NCBI RefSeq assembly: GCF_003265365.1
Contig: NZ_AUPM01000018.1
Span: 15,053 to 79,052 of the forward strand
Source of the DNA: Petrotoga sp. 9PW.55.5.1
GTDB lineage: Bacteria > Thermotogota > Thermotogae > Petrotogales > Petrotogaceae
Reading direction: 5' to 3'
Length of the DNA: 64,000 nucleotides
Shown here: piece by piece, positions 1 through 10,455 of the stretch
Numbering within the stretch: position 1 is the stretch's first letter
Layout of the letters: each line of letters begins with the position of its first letter
Notes under the pieces: generated by a model
Databases searched by the model: none
The model's input: only the letters and a program-made list of their open reading frames with translations
What the model was told of the DNA's origin: nothing
Program-made: the position numbers and the translations under genes

Positions 1-1
1 A

Positions 2-112
2 AAGCTAATAAACAATCAGAAAGAATATGCGAAAAATATTGAAAAAAATTCTCAAGAATTGTCTAGTCTGTCAGAAGAGCTATCTGAAAAATTAAAAATC
101 TTTAGATTATAG
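2..112 (+). CDS. 3' end of an upstream gene (partial); coiled-coil, E/K/S-rich tail ending ...LSEKLKIFRL, possibly a methyl-accepting chemotaxis protein C-terminus
   Basis: Open frame from the window edge to TAG at 110-112. Composition resembles an MCP C-terminal tail. No start codon is visible in the window. Confidence 0.3.
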   Translation, partial: KLINNQKEYAKNIEKNSQELSSLSEELSEKLKIFRL

Positions 113-124
113 GAGTAAATTGGC

Positions 125-715
125 TTGTTCAAACTGTATTTAGCTCATTATTTGGAAATACTCACTGATAAACAGTTAGAAATTATCGATAACCTTAAAT
201 TCGAAACCTATGAAAGGGAAAACATTAACAGATTTAGAAAATCTGTTAAAAACAAAAAGGAAATTGTGAATGTTCTTAAATTAATGAAAGCATTTGAAAT
301 AGTTCCAGGATACGCTGTTCAAAAAGATGTGGATTATTATGATTTTGATGAAGATACGTCAAAAAAAAATCAAATAATAGTTGATGAAATGGGAGAAGAC
401 TTTTTACTATTTCTTCTTTCTATATTGGAAAAAGAAAAAGAAACCATTCTCAAAGAGAGAGAAAGCCTCAAAGAGATTCTTGAATCTCTATCTTATGATT
501 ATTTGATCCAAGCCGATGTTTGGAACAAGTATGGTTTTGCAAGATTGTATTTAAAACAGGATGATAAAGACTTAGGTTTCATTGACTTAATAAATTATTG
601 GTTTAAAAGCGATTCTGAAAATGAGCAATTTTTCAAGGACCTTTTAAAAGACAAAAGAATAAAAAAATTGTCTCAATATTTTCGAAAAAAAGAAGGTTAC
701 ATAAAAATTATATGA
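125..715 (+). CDS. hypothetical protein (196 aa, K/E-rich, no recognisable motif)
   Basis: ORF with TTG start 9 nt after AGGAG (111-115). An in-frame TAA at 116-118 bounds it upstream. A terminator follows. Confidence 0.45.
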   Translation: MFKLYLAHYLEILTDKQLEIIDNLKFETYERENINRFRKSVKNKKEIVNVLKLMKAFEIVPGYAVQKDVDYYDFDEDTSKKNQIIVDEMGEDFLLFLLSILEKEKETILKERESLKEILESLSYDYLIQADVWNKYGFARLYLKQDDKDLGFIDLINYWFKSDSENEQFFKDLLKDKRIKKLSQYFRKKEGYIKII

Positions 716-751
716 TCTTTTATATTGTTATATTATAACGACTATAAGGCG

Positions 752-790
752 TTTAATCGTTTCTAAATACGATTAAACGCCTTTTTTTAC
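752..790 (+). terminator. Rho-independent terminator (13-bp perfect stem AGGCGTTTAATCG/CGATTAAACGCCT plus T-run)
   Basis: Read directly in the sequence. Confidence 0.7.
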
Positions 791-905
791 TTTTAATCAA
801 GAATAATTAGGCTTGAGAAAAATATTACATTGGTGTAAGATATAATTAGAATGATGAAAAAAATTTCATACTTTGTAAAAATTCATTTTTAAGGAGGTTT
901 TTGAA

Positions 906-1940
906 TTGTATAGAGTAGCAGTTTGGGGTTTTGGAGCTATGGGAAGTGGAATAGCTCGTAATATTCTTAGTAAAGTAAATATGAAATTGGTAGGAGTACA
1001 CGATAAAAGGAAAGAATACATTGGCAAAGATGTTGGAGAATTATTGAATATAGGAAATATAAATATCAAAGTATTTGATAACCCTTTAAAAATGATCGAA
1101 GAAACCAATCCTGATTTGGTTGTAATAGCGACACACTCTTTTATTTCTGTAGTAAAAGATCAAATAATTTCTGTACTGAAAAAAAATGTAAATGTAATTA
1201 CTATCGCCGAAGAAATGTCTTACCCATATTATACAGATCCTTATGCAGCAAATGAAATAGATCACGTTGCAAAAAGACACAGCGTAACTGTTTTAGGGAC
1301 AGGTGTTAACCCCGGATTTGTACTTGATACACTTATCATAACTTTAACGGGAGCTTGCTTAAACGTTGAAAAAATAAATGCCTCTAGAATCAACGATCTT
1401 TCACCTTTTGGCCCCACAGTTATGGAAACTCAGGGAGTTGGAACAACACCTCAAGAATTTGAAGAAGGAATAAAAAATGGAAAAATTGTTGGCCATATAG
1501 GATTTCAACAATCAATAAGGATGATAGCAAAAGCATTAGGTTGGAAGATAGATAAAATCATTGAAAAAAGAGAACCCATAATATCAAATGTCGTTAGAGA
1601 AACTAAGTATATAAAAGTTGAACCTGGAATGGTAGCTGGTTGTAAACACACTGCAAAAGCGTATATGAACGATGAAGTTGTGATTGATTTAGAGCATCCG
1701 CAACAAATACTTCCAGAAAAGGAAAATGTCCAAACTGGAGATTACATAAATATAAAGGGAGACCCTGATATCTCAATGTCAATAAAACCTGAAATCCCTG
1801 GTGGAAAAGGTACTGTAGCTATAGCAACAAATATGATCGAATCAGTAATAGAATCAAAGCCTGGATTATTAACTATGGCAGATTTACCTATACCAAGGGC
1901 TTTATTAAAAGGAGATACATTTTTTGAAGGAGGTTATTAA
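906..1940 (+). CDS. ord: 2,4-diaminopentanoate dehydrogenase (DapB-like NAD(P) amine dehydrogenase)
   Basis: TTG start 8 nt after AAGGAGG. N-terminal Rossmann motif [12 protein letters not shown]. The size (344 aa) and downstream ortA/ortB fit the ornithine-degradation Ord family. Confidence 0.8.
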   Translation: MYRVAVWGFGAMGSGIARNILSKVNMKLVGVHDKRKEYIGKDVGELLNIGNINIKVFDNPLKMIEETNPDLVVIATHSFISVVKDQIISVLKKNVNVITIAEEMSYPYYTDPYAANEIDHVAKRHSVTVLGTGVNPGFVLDTLIITLTGACLNVEKINASRINDLSPFGPTVMETQGVGTTPQEFEEGIKNGKIVGHIGFQQSIRMIAKALGWKIDKIIEKREPIISNVVRETKYIKVEPGMVAGCKHTAKAYMNDEVVIDLEHPQQILPEKENVQTGDYINIKGDPDISMSIKPEIPGGKGTVAIATNMIESVIESKPGLLTMADLPIPRALLKGDTFFEGGY

Positions 1941-1941
1941 A

Positions 1942-2244
1942 ATGAATGCGCATAAAGGTGACTGGGTTCAAATTCATTTTATTGCCTTAAAACCTGAAGA
2001 AAGGTCTCCTCATTTACCTGAAGACACAAAAAAAGTCCCGTTTGAAATTAGAATTAAAGGCTTTTTAGAAGAAGGCAAAGCACAAATAGGAGACACAGTA
2101 ACTATTAAAACACCAATAGGAAGATTAGTTAAAGGAACTTTGGAAAAAATAAATCCGAAGTATGAACATAACTTTGGAGATCCCATTCCAGAACTTTTAA
2201 AAATAAACAAAGATGATTTGCTAGATGGTGATAAAGATGACTAA
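1942..2244 (+). CDS. ortA: 2-amino-4-ketopentanoate thiolase alpha subunit (about 100 aa)
   Basis: ATG 1942 follows GAAGGAGG by 10 nt and the ord stop by 1 nt. The ORF-track start at 1924 is probably too early. Size and position between ord and ortB match OrtA. Confidence 0.7.
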   Translation: MNAHKGDWVQIHFIALKPEERSPHLPEDTKKVPFEIRIKGFLEEGKAQIGDTVTIKTPIGRLVKGTLEKINPKYEHNFGDPIPELLKINKDDLLDGDKDD

Positions 2245-3655
2245 AAATTACAAAGAAATAATGAATAGGCAAGTAGAAATCATTAAAAAATCTGTAGGTC
2301 TTGACTATAGCAAATATGAAATCGAGGGAATAGCTTTTGATTATGAAAAGATGATGGAAGAAGCAGGATACTCAATCCAAGAAATTCAAAAGATTCAAAA
2401 AGAAACGGGAGTAGGAAACACTCCTTTAGTAGAACTAAAAAATATAAACAAACTGATCAAAAAATTATCAAAACCAGGAAAAGGCGCAAGAATATTTATA
2501 AAAGATGAACAAACTAATCCTTCAGGATCTTTCAAAGACAGGCGCGCATCAATCAGTGTTTATAGAGCAAAAGAAATGGGATACAAAGGAGTCATTGCAG
2601 CGACAAGTGGAAATTATGGAGCAGCAGTAGCTTCTCAAGCAGCAAAAAGAGGTTTAAAATCAATTATAGTCCAAGAATGTTTTGACTCTCGTGGTGTTGG
2701 CCAACCTGAAATATTAGAAAAAGAAAGATCTTGTGCAGCATATGGAAGTGAGGTTATTCAAGTAAGTGTAGGGCCAGAACTATTTTATTATACTTTGCTG
2801 CTTCTTGATGAAACAGGCTACTTCGATGCATCATTATACTCTCCTTTCGCAATAGCTGGAATAGAAACTCTAGGGTGGGAAATAGCTCATCAAAGTAAGG
2901 AAATCATTGGAAAATTCCCAGATGTTGTTGTAAGTACTCATGCAGGAGGAGGATTAACAACAGGAACAGCAAGAGGATTGAAAAAAGCGGGCGCTAATTC
3001 AACAAAGATAATAGGTGCAAGTATAGATTTAAGGAGATTGCACATGGCTTCAGATAAAGATTTTAATAGAAAGTTTTTCACAACTGGGCACACAGGATTT
3101 GGAATACCCTTCGCAGTTTTTCCTGATAGATCAGACGTTCCAAGAAACGCTGCAAGAGTTTTAAGATACATGGATAGATACGTTCTAGTAACACAAGGAG
3201 AAGTTTTCTATATGACGGAACTTTTAGCAAAGCTTGAAGGATTGCAAAGAGGACCTGCTGGGAACACTTCTTTAGCAGCTGCTTTTGCACTGGCAAAAGA
3301 AATGAATGAAAATGAAACAATAGTAGTTAACGAAACAGAATACACTGGTGCTGGAAAACTCCCAAGTGCTCAGCTAACCTTTGCAAAAGAAAATGGTATA
3401 AAAATAATAATAGGAGATCCAATAAAAGATGATAAACCGGGTGAAAATATAGTCATTCCCCAAAATCCTTCACAAATAGATTATATTGAAATTCCAATGA
3501 CTCAGTTAAAAGAATCATACATAAAGCAACTTTTCAAAAGATTAAGCAAAAAAGAACTCTCTCAAAAAGAGAAGAAATTTATAGCAGAAGATATTAGAGA
3601 AAATCTCGAATTCTTAGAAAAGTTGATCGAAAAGATAAAGGAGGAATCTGAATGA
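2225..3655 (+). CDS. ortB: 2-amino-4-ketopentanoate thiolase beta subunit, PLP-dependent (fold type II)
   Basis: SFKDRRAS PLP-lysine motif and NTPLVEL. 476 aa. The start could be ATG 2237 instead of 2225. Confidence 0.8.
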   Translation: MVIKMTKNYKEIMNRQVEIIKKSVGLDYSKYEIEGIAFDYEKMMEEAGYSIQEIQKIQKETGVGNTPLVELKNINKLIKKLSKPGKGARIFIKDEQTNPSGSFKDRRASISVYRAKEMGYKGVIAATSGNYGAAVASQAAKRGLKSIIVQECFDSRGVGQPEILEKERSCAAYGSEVIQVSVGPELFYYTLLLLDETGYFDASLYSPFAIAGIETLGWEIAHQSKEIIGKFPDVVVSTHAGGGLTTGTARGLKKAGANSTKIIGASIDLRRLHMASDKDFNRKFFTTGHTGFGIPFAVFPDRSDVPRNAARVLRYMDRYVLVTQGEVFYMTELLAKLEGLQRGPAGNTSLAAAFALAKEMNENETIVVNETEYTGAGKLPSAQLTFAKENGIKIIIGDPIKDDKPGENIVIPQNPSQIDYIEIPMTQLKESYIKQLFKRLSKKELSQKEKKFIAEDIRENLEFLEKLIEKIKEESE

Positions 3656-4038
3656 AAGAAAGACCCGACGACTTCAATGAAAGATCCAAAAAGCTTAAGA
3701 ATATGACAGATGAAGAATTAGACAATTACTTTTGGGAATTAGTCGGCAAAGTAGTTGACCCTTTGGTTGATTTAGCTCAAACACATACCTCTCCCTCCAT
3801 AGAAAGATCCGTGTTACTAAGGATGGGTTTCAACTCACTTCAAGCAAAAGCTTTGGTAGAAAAAATAGGGGAACATAACCTTCTTTCAAAAGGTGCTGGT
3901 AACATTGTTTACCAACTTTCTAAATCAAAAAACATGGAAATAATAGACACAGGAAAAGCGTTAATAAACGATCAATATTGGGAAGATGTAGAAAAGATCT
4001 TCGAAGGTGGTGAAACTAATGAAACTTCAACCAAATGA
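3652..4038 (+). CDS. oraS: D-ornithine 4,5-aminomutase small subunit
   Basis: ATGA overlap with the ortB stop (translational coupling). About 128 aa, immediately upstream of the B12/PLP mutase large subunit. Confidence 0.7.
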   Translation: MKERPDDFNERSKKLKNMTDEELDNYFWELVGKVVDPLVDLAQTHTSPSIERSVLLRMGFNSLQAKALVEKIGEHNLLSKGAGNIVYQLSKSKNMEIIDTGKALINDQYWEDVEKIFEGGETNETSTK

Positions 4039-6214
4039 AAAAATAAATATAGAAGAAATCTTAAGCAATCTAGAAAATTACTCTCCCAAAAGAAAAGGAT
4101 GGACTTGGAGAAAAAAATTACCTGAAGGAACAAAAAAAAGTGACTTCGACTATTATGAAATAAGTGAAGATTTGAAAAATTCTATCCTTCTACCAGCATC
4201 TCATTACTTTGATAACATCGATCCACAACCTGATACAGTAATAACATCTGAAATTGCTTCTGGAAGGTTCGAAGAAGATATCAGAAGAATGAGAATGGCA
4301 GCTTGGCATGGAGCGGATCATATAATGGTAATAAGAACCCTAGGTCAAAGCCATATAGATGGACTCATAGAAGGGTCTCCTGAAGGAATCGGCGGTATTC
4401 CAATAACAAGAAAACAACTAAGGGCTACAAGAAAAGCTCTTGACTTAATAGAAGAAGAAGTTGGAAGGCCAATAAACTTTCATAGCTACGTTTCGGGGGT
4501 TGCAGGCCCTGAAATAGCTGTTTTATTCTCAGAAGAAGGTGTAAATGGAGCACATCAAGACCCACAATACAATATATTATACAGGGGAATCAACCCAATT
4601 CGTTCCTTTGTAGATGCAGCTGTTGCAAAAAAAATAATGGCTTCTGTTAACATGCTTCAAATAGATGGGGCTCACAACGCCAATGCCTCAGCTAAAAAGG
4701 CAAAAAATGTTATGCCTGAACTTCTAGTACAACATGCCATAAACTCTCTGTTTTCAGTAAAAGTTGGTATGAAAAAAGAAAATATTGCATTGTCAACCGT
4801 TCCTCCGATAGTCTCTCCAACCCCTGAATTTAGAATAAATTTAGCTTATGCAGTAACCTTAAGAGAACTATTTAAAGGATACAAATTCAGAGCCCAGATG
4901 AACACAAGATATATTGAATCGGATCTATTTGATGCAACTAGAATCCATGTTTTAAACACTCTCATTTCTCGACTTACTTCCGCTGATATTCAATCAACTA
5001 TCACTCCCGATGAAGGAAGAAACGTACCTTGGCACATAAATTCTATAAGAGGCGTTGAAACAGCTAAACACACATTAATATCTGCTGATGACATCAAAGA
5101 ATATCTAAAAATTGATGAAGAAAAAATAAGAAAAGAAGTAAGAGAACTAAAAATGAGAGCTATACTAATGTTAGAGGAAATAATAGAGATGGGTGGTTAC
5201 TTTGAAGCTCTAGAAAACGGAATGTTCGTAGATAATGGTTACTACCCAGAAAGGGCTGGAGATGGCATTGCAAGGCATAAAAACGGAGAAATAGCTGCAG
5301 GCACAGTTGTCCCAAGAGACAAAGATTACATGGCCCCAGTATGTGAACATTTTGGATACAACAACCTTCCTGAAAACATAAAAAAACCTTGTGATTTAAT
5401 AGACGGATGCACCTTGGAAAAAAGAGAAAAAATTCAATTTATAGACGAATTGGATGAAAGCGACAACGTAGAAAAAAGAATTGAAGAAATAAAAGAATAC
5501 AAGCAACAAAACCTAATAAAACCGGAAGTAGAATGGAGCTTTGATGGTTGGATACAGTTGGATATGACCATCCCAGAACCTGAAGAATACGCAAAAGCTG
5601 CGGCCGTTGAAATATGTAAAAAAATGGGACTAGAAGAAATTCAAGTAATTCACACAACCATCTTACATCCCTCAGAAGGTACATACCTTGAATTAAAAGG
5701 AAAAGTGCCATTTTTCGTAAAAAAGGATGAACTAAAACTCCCCAAGAAAAGTGAAATAATGAGTGAGGATGAATTATACAAATTCTTTGCTGAACACAAA
5801 GTAAAAGTTGTTGCTGGTACTATAGGAAACGACGAACACAGTATCGGGCTTAGAGAAATACTCGATATAAAACACGGAGGTATAGAAAAGTACGGAATCA
5901 ACTATGTTTATCTCGGCACTTCCGTTTCACCAGAAAAAATAATAGACAGTGCAATAGAAGTTGGGGCTCAAGCTGTATTGGCCTCAATGATTATAACTCA
6001 CAATGACGTACATGTTGAAAATATGAAAAAATTGCACGAAGTAGCTATAGAAAAAGGAGTAAGGGATAAATTATTCTTAATAGTTGGAGGAACTCAAATA
6101 ACCAACGAGCTAGCAGTAAAAAATCATATGGACGCAGGATTTGGAAGAGGAACTAAAGGAAACCATGTTGCAACCTTCTTAGCAAAAAAGTTAAAAGAAA
6201 AAGCCAATAAATAA
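4019..6214 (+). CDS. oraE: D-ornithine 4,5-aminomutase large subunit (PLP + adenosylcobalamin)
   Basis: About 731 aa. C-terminal DEHSIG (DxHxxG) B12-binding motif in a TIM-barrel plus Rossmann layout. ATG 4019 follows GAAGGTGG. The GTG at 4007 is a possible alternative start. Confidence 0.8.
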   Translation: MKLQPNEKINIEEILSNLENYSPKRKGWTWRKKLPEGTKKSDFDYYEISEDLKNSILLPASHYFDNIDPQPDTVITSEIASGRFEEDIRRMRMAAWHGADHIMVIRTLGQSHIDGLIEGSPEGIGGIPITRKQLRATRKALDLIEEEVGRPINFHSYVSGVAGPEIAVLFSEEGVNGAHQDPQYNILYRGINPIRSFVDAAVAKKIMASVNMLQIDGAHNANASAKKAKNVMPELLVQHAINSLFSVKVGMKKENIALSTVPPIVSPTPEFRINLAYAVTLRELFKGYKFRAQMNTRYIESDLFDATRIHVLNTLISRLTSADIQSTITPDEGRNVPWHINSIRGVETAKHTLISADDIKEYLKIDEEKIRKEVRELKMRAILMLEEIIEMGGYFEALENGMFVDNGYYPERAGDGIARHKNGEIAAGTVVPRDKDYMAPVCEHFGYNNLPENIKKPCDLIDGCTLEKREKIQFIDELDESDNVEKRIEEIKEYKQQNLIKPEVEWSFDGWIQLDMTIPEPEEYAKAAAVEICKKMGLEEIQVIHTTILHPSEGTYLELKGKVPFFVKKDELKLPKKSEIMSEDELYKFFAEHKVKVVAGTIGNDEHSIGLREILDIKHGGIEKYGINYVYLGTSVSPEKIIDSAIEVGAQAVLASMIITHNDVHVENMKKLHEVAIEKGVRDKLFLIVGGTQITNELAVKNHMDAGFGRGTKGNHVATFLAKKLKEKANK

Positions 6215-6245
6215 ATCAGGGAGAAGCTCTCCCTGATTTATTTAG
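6214..6245 (+). terminator. Rho-independent terminator (10-bp perfect stem AATCAGGGAG/CTCCCTGATT, loop AAGCT, T-rich tail)
   Basis: Read directly in the sequence, immediately after the oraE stop. Confidence 0.8.
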
Positions 6246-6622
6246 TTGTTGGTATTTTATTTTAATTATTGGTTATTGCTTTCAAGAGCATGTTTTAGAT
6301 AGATTCTTTGCCTCTAATTGATGTGGATTTAATCATTTTTTGAAAAACCTTTTTACCTTCAAACCTATTTAACTAAAAACTTCTTGCTACTTTCCATATC
6401 TTTTTTCCAACATCTTATGTAGTTCATTATATGCCATAGAAAATCCTTTTAGTTTTCTTTCTTATTGTTTCTTGACATCTTCTAAACTACATTCGGTATG
6501 TTGTTTGAATTCAAAAAGATCAAAGAATCTAAAAATAACTATCTTTATTGCTTTGGATAATCTTAATTTAACTCCGGCTTAATTACCCACACTATTTGTG
6601 AGAGAACCAAAAAATTTTATTT

Positions 6623-7105
6623 TTAAATAAATCTACCATCATCTTTTGATTGCCTTAATTTATGAATATTATTCTCAAGCCATCCTATTTTTATTTTTTC
6701 GTTAGTTGTGAATTCTGGAATATATGGCTTTATATCTAGAACTGGTGTACCTTCAATAATTTCTATATTTTGAACGTTTAGTACGTTATTTTCTATACTT
6801 ATTAATCTAACAACAGACAAACCAATAGGATTTGGCCTACTAGGGCTTCGGGTTGCAAAGACACCATGGAAATTGTTATCCATATATGGTTTGACTTTCA
6901 AATTATAATGTTTTGATAAATGAAAATGGTATATTATGATTATATGAGAAAAACATTCTAGATCTTGTAAGCCTTCTTCATATTCATGGTAGATTTCTAC
7001 AGTTGCTTTGATTCCAAGAGCAGCAGTGGGTTGTATAGGTGTACCTTTTGGTTCTTTAAACGGAGAATGAACTATACCAATGGGATGGTATTTAATTTCA
7101 TCCAT
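6623..7105 (-). CDS. trmO: tRNA (adenine37-N6)-methyltransferase TrmO/TsaA-like (UPF0066 domain)
   Basis: Motifs HPIGIVHSPF, RSPSRPNPIGLS and GTPVLDIKPY. 160 aa. Confidence 0.7.
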   Translation of the reverse strand: MDEIKYHPIGIVHSPFKEPKGTPIQPTAALGIKATVEIYHEYEEGLQDLECFSHIIIIYHFHLSKHYNLKVKPYMDNNFHGVFATRSPSRPNPIGLSVVRLISIENNVLNVQNIEIIEGTPVLDIKPYIPEFTTNEKIKIGWLENNIHKLRQSKDDGRFI

Positions 7106-7201
7106 ATTTTTTGCTCCTTTACCTTAAGAGTCTGCTAATTTAATCTTTTTGACGCATACGAATTGAAAATCTTGTTTTGGAAATATTAGCTATATTTTAG
7201 C

Positions 7202-8773
7202 CTATTTTAATTCTAAATTTTTCAACCAGAGTTTGATTTGCTCCACAACTTTTTCTTCGAATTTAGCTGTTCCGGTTTTATAGAGTTCATGCCCCATGTT
7301 TTCGATGTATATTATTTGCAAATCTTCTTTGCTTTTTAATTCGTTTTCTTTTTCTTTTAATAGTTCATACGGTGTTTTCAAGTCTTCTGTTCCGTTTATT
7401 ATCAATACAGGTACTTTCATATTTATAAATTTATCTACCATGTTTTGTGTTAATTCACTCCATTGTAATAAAAATTTTCCAGTCATGGAGTCTAAATAGA
7501 TGTTATCTGGCTCTATTTCTTCTTTTTTCATTTTTTCGTTTATTTCTTTCATTTCTGGCAGAAGGCTTTTTAATTGATTTATTAAATCATCATATATATT
7601 ATCTTTGTTTAATTTTTCTAAATTTTTTATTTGGTATTCTATTTGATAAACCATTAAATCAGTGATTTCTATTATTCCTGGTGAAATAGCTATAGCGGCA
7701 GCTACGTTTTGTCCTTCTACTATATATGGCAAGAAAGAAGCGCCTTGACTATGACCTATGACTATTATTTTATCTTGGTCAACTTCCGGAAGAGTTTTTA
7801 GGTATCTTATAGCTGCTTGTGCATCTTTTATAAAATCTTCGGGCATTACATTTAAAGCGTCTTGATTGTTTTTAATCATAGTGTAAGTTCTTTTATCGTA
7901 TTTTAATACAATGAAATTATTGCTAACAAGTTGTTCTGATAAATCTTTAAAAGGGGCTAGTGGCCCCATCGTCTCATTTCTGTCATTTGGCCCTGAACCG
8001 TGAACTAATACAAAAGCTGGTAATTGTGTTCCTGTTTTGAAATTACTTGGAATCATTAAAGAGCCTTCTAATTTAAATCCATCATCAAAACTGTTAAAAG
8101 ATATTTCTTTTTCGATATAGTTTTTCTCTTTTTGTTCTTTTTTAACTTCTGTTACCTCAAACCCTTGGGCAGGAATTTCATATTCTATAATTTTTTTGTC
8201 TTTGAAAGTAATATATTGTTCTACTCCAAGAGAAGATATTATTAGTGTTTCTGAGTCTTTGAATTTTAATCTGATATCTAAAATGGCTAAATCCCAAGTT
8301 GATTGATTTAATACAAGTTGAGGTACAAAAGCGGTGTATGTCGCTTCAGATAATTCCTTGTATAAAATAGCAAAGATGTGATCAAATATAAAGTTATTAT
8401 CTAAAATAATAGCGTTTTTGGCATTGTAGCTTTTTAATTTTATACCATTAAATTTGTTTTGTATCTTTTTCCCATCATAGGTGCTTGTTAATGTGCCTTG
8501 TTTTTGGTTATCTACAAAAATATCTAAAGAATATTCTTTAAAATCCCATGTTTTGTCGTATTTTGTTTCTGCAACATATTTTATTATATTCCCACTTATT
8601 TCAAATGTTGATGTGGTTTTTCCTAAATAAGATTCTGGATAAAATTCAACCAAAATGTTTCCTATTTCTACATCATTTTGATAAATATAATACTGATAAC
8701 TTTCTGAGAAAACAATCAAAAAACAAAAAACCGTTAAAATCATTACCAAGAGTTTCTTTTTCATGCCTTTCAC
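7202..8773 (-). CDS. secreted alpha/beta-hydrolase (esterase/lipase-type) with an N-terminal non-catalytic domain
   Basis: Signal peptide MKKKLLVMILTVFCFLIVFS. GHSQGA nucleophile elbow (GxSxG), with a downstream Asp (NGTEDL) and His (MGHEL). Lies 11 bp after the upstream permease gene. Confidence 0.7.
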   Translation of the reverse strand: MKGMKKKLLVMILTVFCFLIVFSESYQYYIYQNDVEIGNILVEFYPESYLGKTTSTFEISGNIIKYVAETKYDKTWDFKEYSLDIFVDNQKQGTLTSTYDGKKIQNKFNGIKLKSYNAKNAIILDNNFIFDHIFAILYKELSEATYTAFVPQLVLNQSTWDLAILDIRLKFKDSETLIISSLGVEQYITFKDKKIIEYEIPAQGFEVTEVKKEQKEKNYIEKEISFNSFDDGFKLEGSLMIPSNFKTGTQLPAFVLVHGSGPNDRNETMGPLAPFKDLSEQLVSNNFIVLKYDKRTYTMIKNNQDALNVMPEDFIKDAQAAIRYLKTLPEVDQDKIIVIGHSQGASFLPYIVEGQNVAAAIAISPGIIEITDLMVYQIEYQIKNLEKLNKDNIYDDLINQLKSLLPEMKEINEKMKKEEIEPDNIYLDSMTGKFLLQWSELTQNMVDKFINMKVPVLIINGTEDLKTPYELLKEKENELKSKEDLQIIYIENMGHELYKTGTAKFEEKVVEQIKLWLKNLELK

Positions 8774-8784
8774 CTTCTTTATTT

Positions 8785-10455
8785 TTATAAGTCTTTACTA
8801 AAAAGATTTTCTGTTTTTCTAATCAATATCTTCGAGAATGAGAGCGTTAATATTAAGAATATTATACTAAAAATAACCAAGCAAATAGTTTGACCAAAGA
8901 TTGGAACTAGTTTATATATTAAAAAACTTAACAATCCGAAAGTTCCAAATATTATCAATACCGAGAAAAGACCATTTATGTTTTGTTTCATTGCTTTTTG
9001 AGGATTATCCCAGTCTAGATATGGCCTTAGAGCATCTATAACCATTTGAATTATATTGAGAAAAACACTTAAAGTTGTTGATAAGATGAGAGCACCAAAA
9101 AATTCGTAAAGATTGAGTCTAAAAAAGATACTTCCAACAATCAACCCAGTAATATGTCCAATAAAACCTAATTGAAATATATGAATAATTTTGGCTTTAA
9201 GAATTTGTTTTGTTTTTACTGGTAAAACTTTTAACTCCTTAATGAACTTTCCTTCTCTTGAAAAGCAAGAATAAGAAAGACCATTTAGTGAAGAAGATAA
9301 CGATGCAATTAAAGCTACAATGAAAATCTTATAGTGAAAGAGGGTTTCTAACCCTTCCTGAGTCAAACCTAAATCAACGTTTTTGAATATAATACTAAAA
9401 ACAATAAACAATATTGGAAAAACTAAAACGTTCGAAAATCCATTAAAGGAAAAAGAAGGAGTTTTTAAAAAGTATTGCCACTCTCTTTTTAACAAAGATT
9501 TATCTTGAGAATATCTTTTATTAAAATTAAATGATTTTACTTTTTTGTTGTTGGGTTTTACTTGTATTAAGTTTGAATACGCTGAATAAAAAAATTTCTT
9601 TCCAAAATATATTACCAAAAAAAATAGAAAAAAATGAAAACATATAAATATTAATAACCATAGAAATTTTGCAATACCAAAAGAACTAAATGCTTTTATT
9701 GCAAAAAAGGCGGTTGGATAAATCCAAAATATTTTGGAAATTAAACTATCTGGATTTATTAAAACAGCTGGCAATTCCTGACTATTTTCTATATTAACTG
9801 AGAATATGTTCCCCATAAAAAATATGTATACTGCCACAACAGTTATAAGGAGTATTGTCAGTAGATACATCAAAATCTCTTTTTTATTGATTTTTTTTAA
9901 AAGATGGGAGATAAGAAATGTGTACAATAAAACTACCGTTACAGGTAATATCTGTGAAAAAAGAAATACAACAGATACTATTACATAATAGAGAAAATTT
10001 TGATTAGTGTTGATACCAAAATAAATCATTGGAGTCAGTAGTAATATTATAGAAATTATCATTTGATCGGCTAATACTACTGATACTTTCCCTATAATCG
10101 TTTCATATGGTTTTAAAGGTAGAGTTATTAATAATTTCATATCTTTATTGAAATAAAACTCTCCTATCATAATAAAAGTTCCCAGGAAAAACCCAAAAAA
10201 TCCCGAAAGAATAATAAAATTTGCCAGAAAAAACGATTGAATGTTTAGAGTAATAATGTAGATTTCTAAATTTGCTTCAAGCATTTTTAAATAAATAGGG
10301 GAATAAATTAGAATCATTGCTATAATAGCTGATAATATTGCTACAAATGAAAACAAATCACTTTTGTTTCTTTTTATCAAATATTTATTTTTAGTAATTC
10401 TGTAATGTTGGTCGAGTTCAATCAAGATAAGAGAAGTCAATCTTTTCACTTTCAC
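8785..10455 (-). CDS. large polytopic membrane protein, putative ABC transporter permease
   Basis: 556 aa with more than 10 hydrophobic segments. Overlaps the upstream ABC ATPase gene. Confidence 0.5.
   Translation of the reverse strand: MKVKRLTSLILIELDQHYRITKNKYLIKRNKSDLFSFVAILSAIIAMILIYSPIYLKMLEANLEIYIITLNIQSFFLANFIILSGFFGFFLGTFIMIGEFYFNKDMKLLITLPLKPYETIIGKVSVVLADQMIISIILLLTPMIYFGINTNQNFLYYVIVSVVFLFSQILPVTVVLLYTFLISHLLKKINKKEILMYLLTILLITVVAVYIFFMGNIFSVNIENSQELPAVLINPDSLISKIFWIYPTAFFAIKAFSSFGIAKFLWLLIFICFHFFLFFLVIYFGKKFFYSAYSNLIQVKPNNKKVKSFNFNKRYSQDKSLLKREWQYFLKTPSFSFNGFSNVLVFPILFIVFSIIFKNVDLGLTQEGLETLFHYKIFIVALIASLSSSLNGLSYSCFSREGKFIKELKVLPVKTKQILKAKIIHIFQLGFIGHITGLIVGSIFFRLNLYEFFGALILSTTLSVFLNIIQMVIDALRPYLDWDNPQKAMKQNINGLFSVLIIFGTFGLLSFLIYKLVPIFGQTICLVIFSIIFLILTLSFSKILIRKTENLFSKDL

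Noticed and set aside
813-846. TTGAGA ... TATAAT upstream of ord as a promoter
   Set aside because: The spacing between the hexamers is 22 nt, too long for sigma70. A real promoter probably exists here but cannot be pinned to these hexamers.
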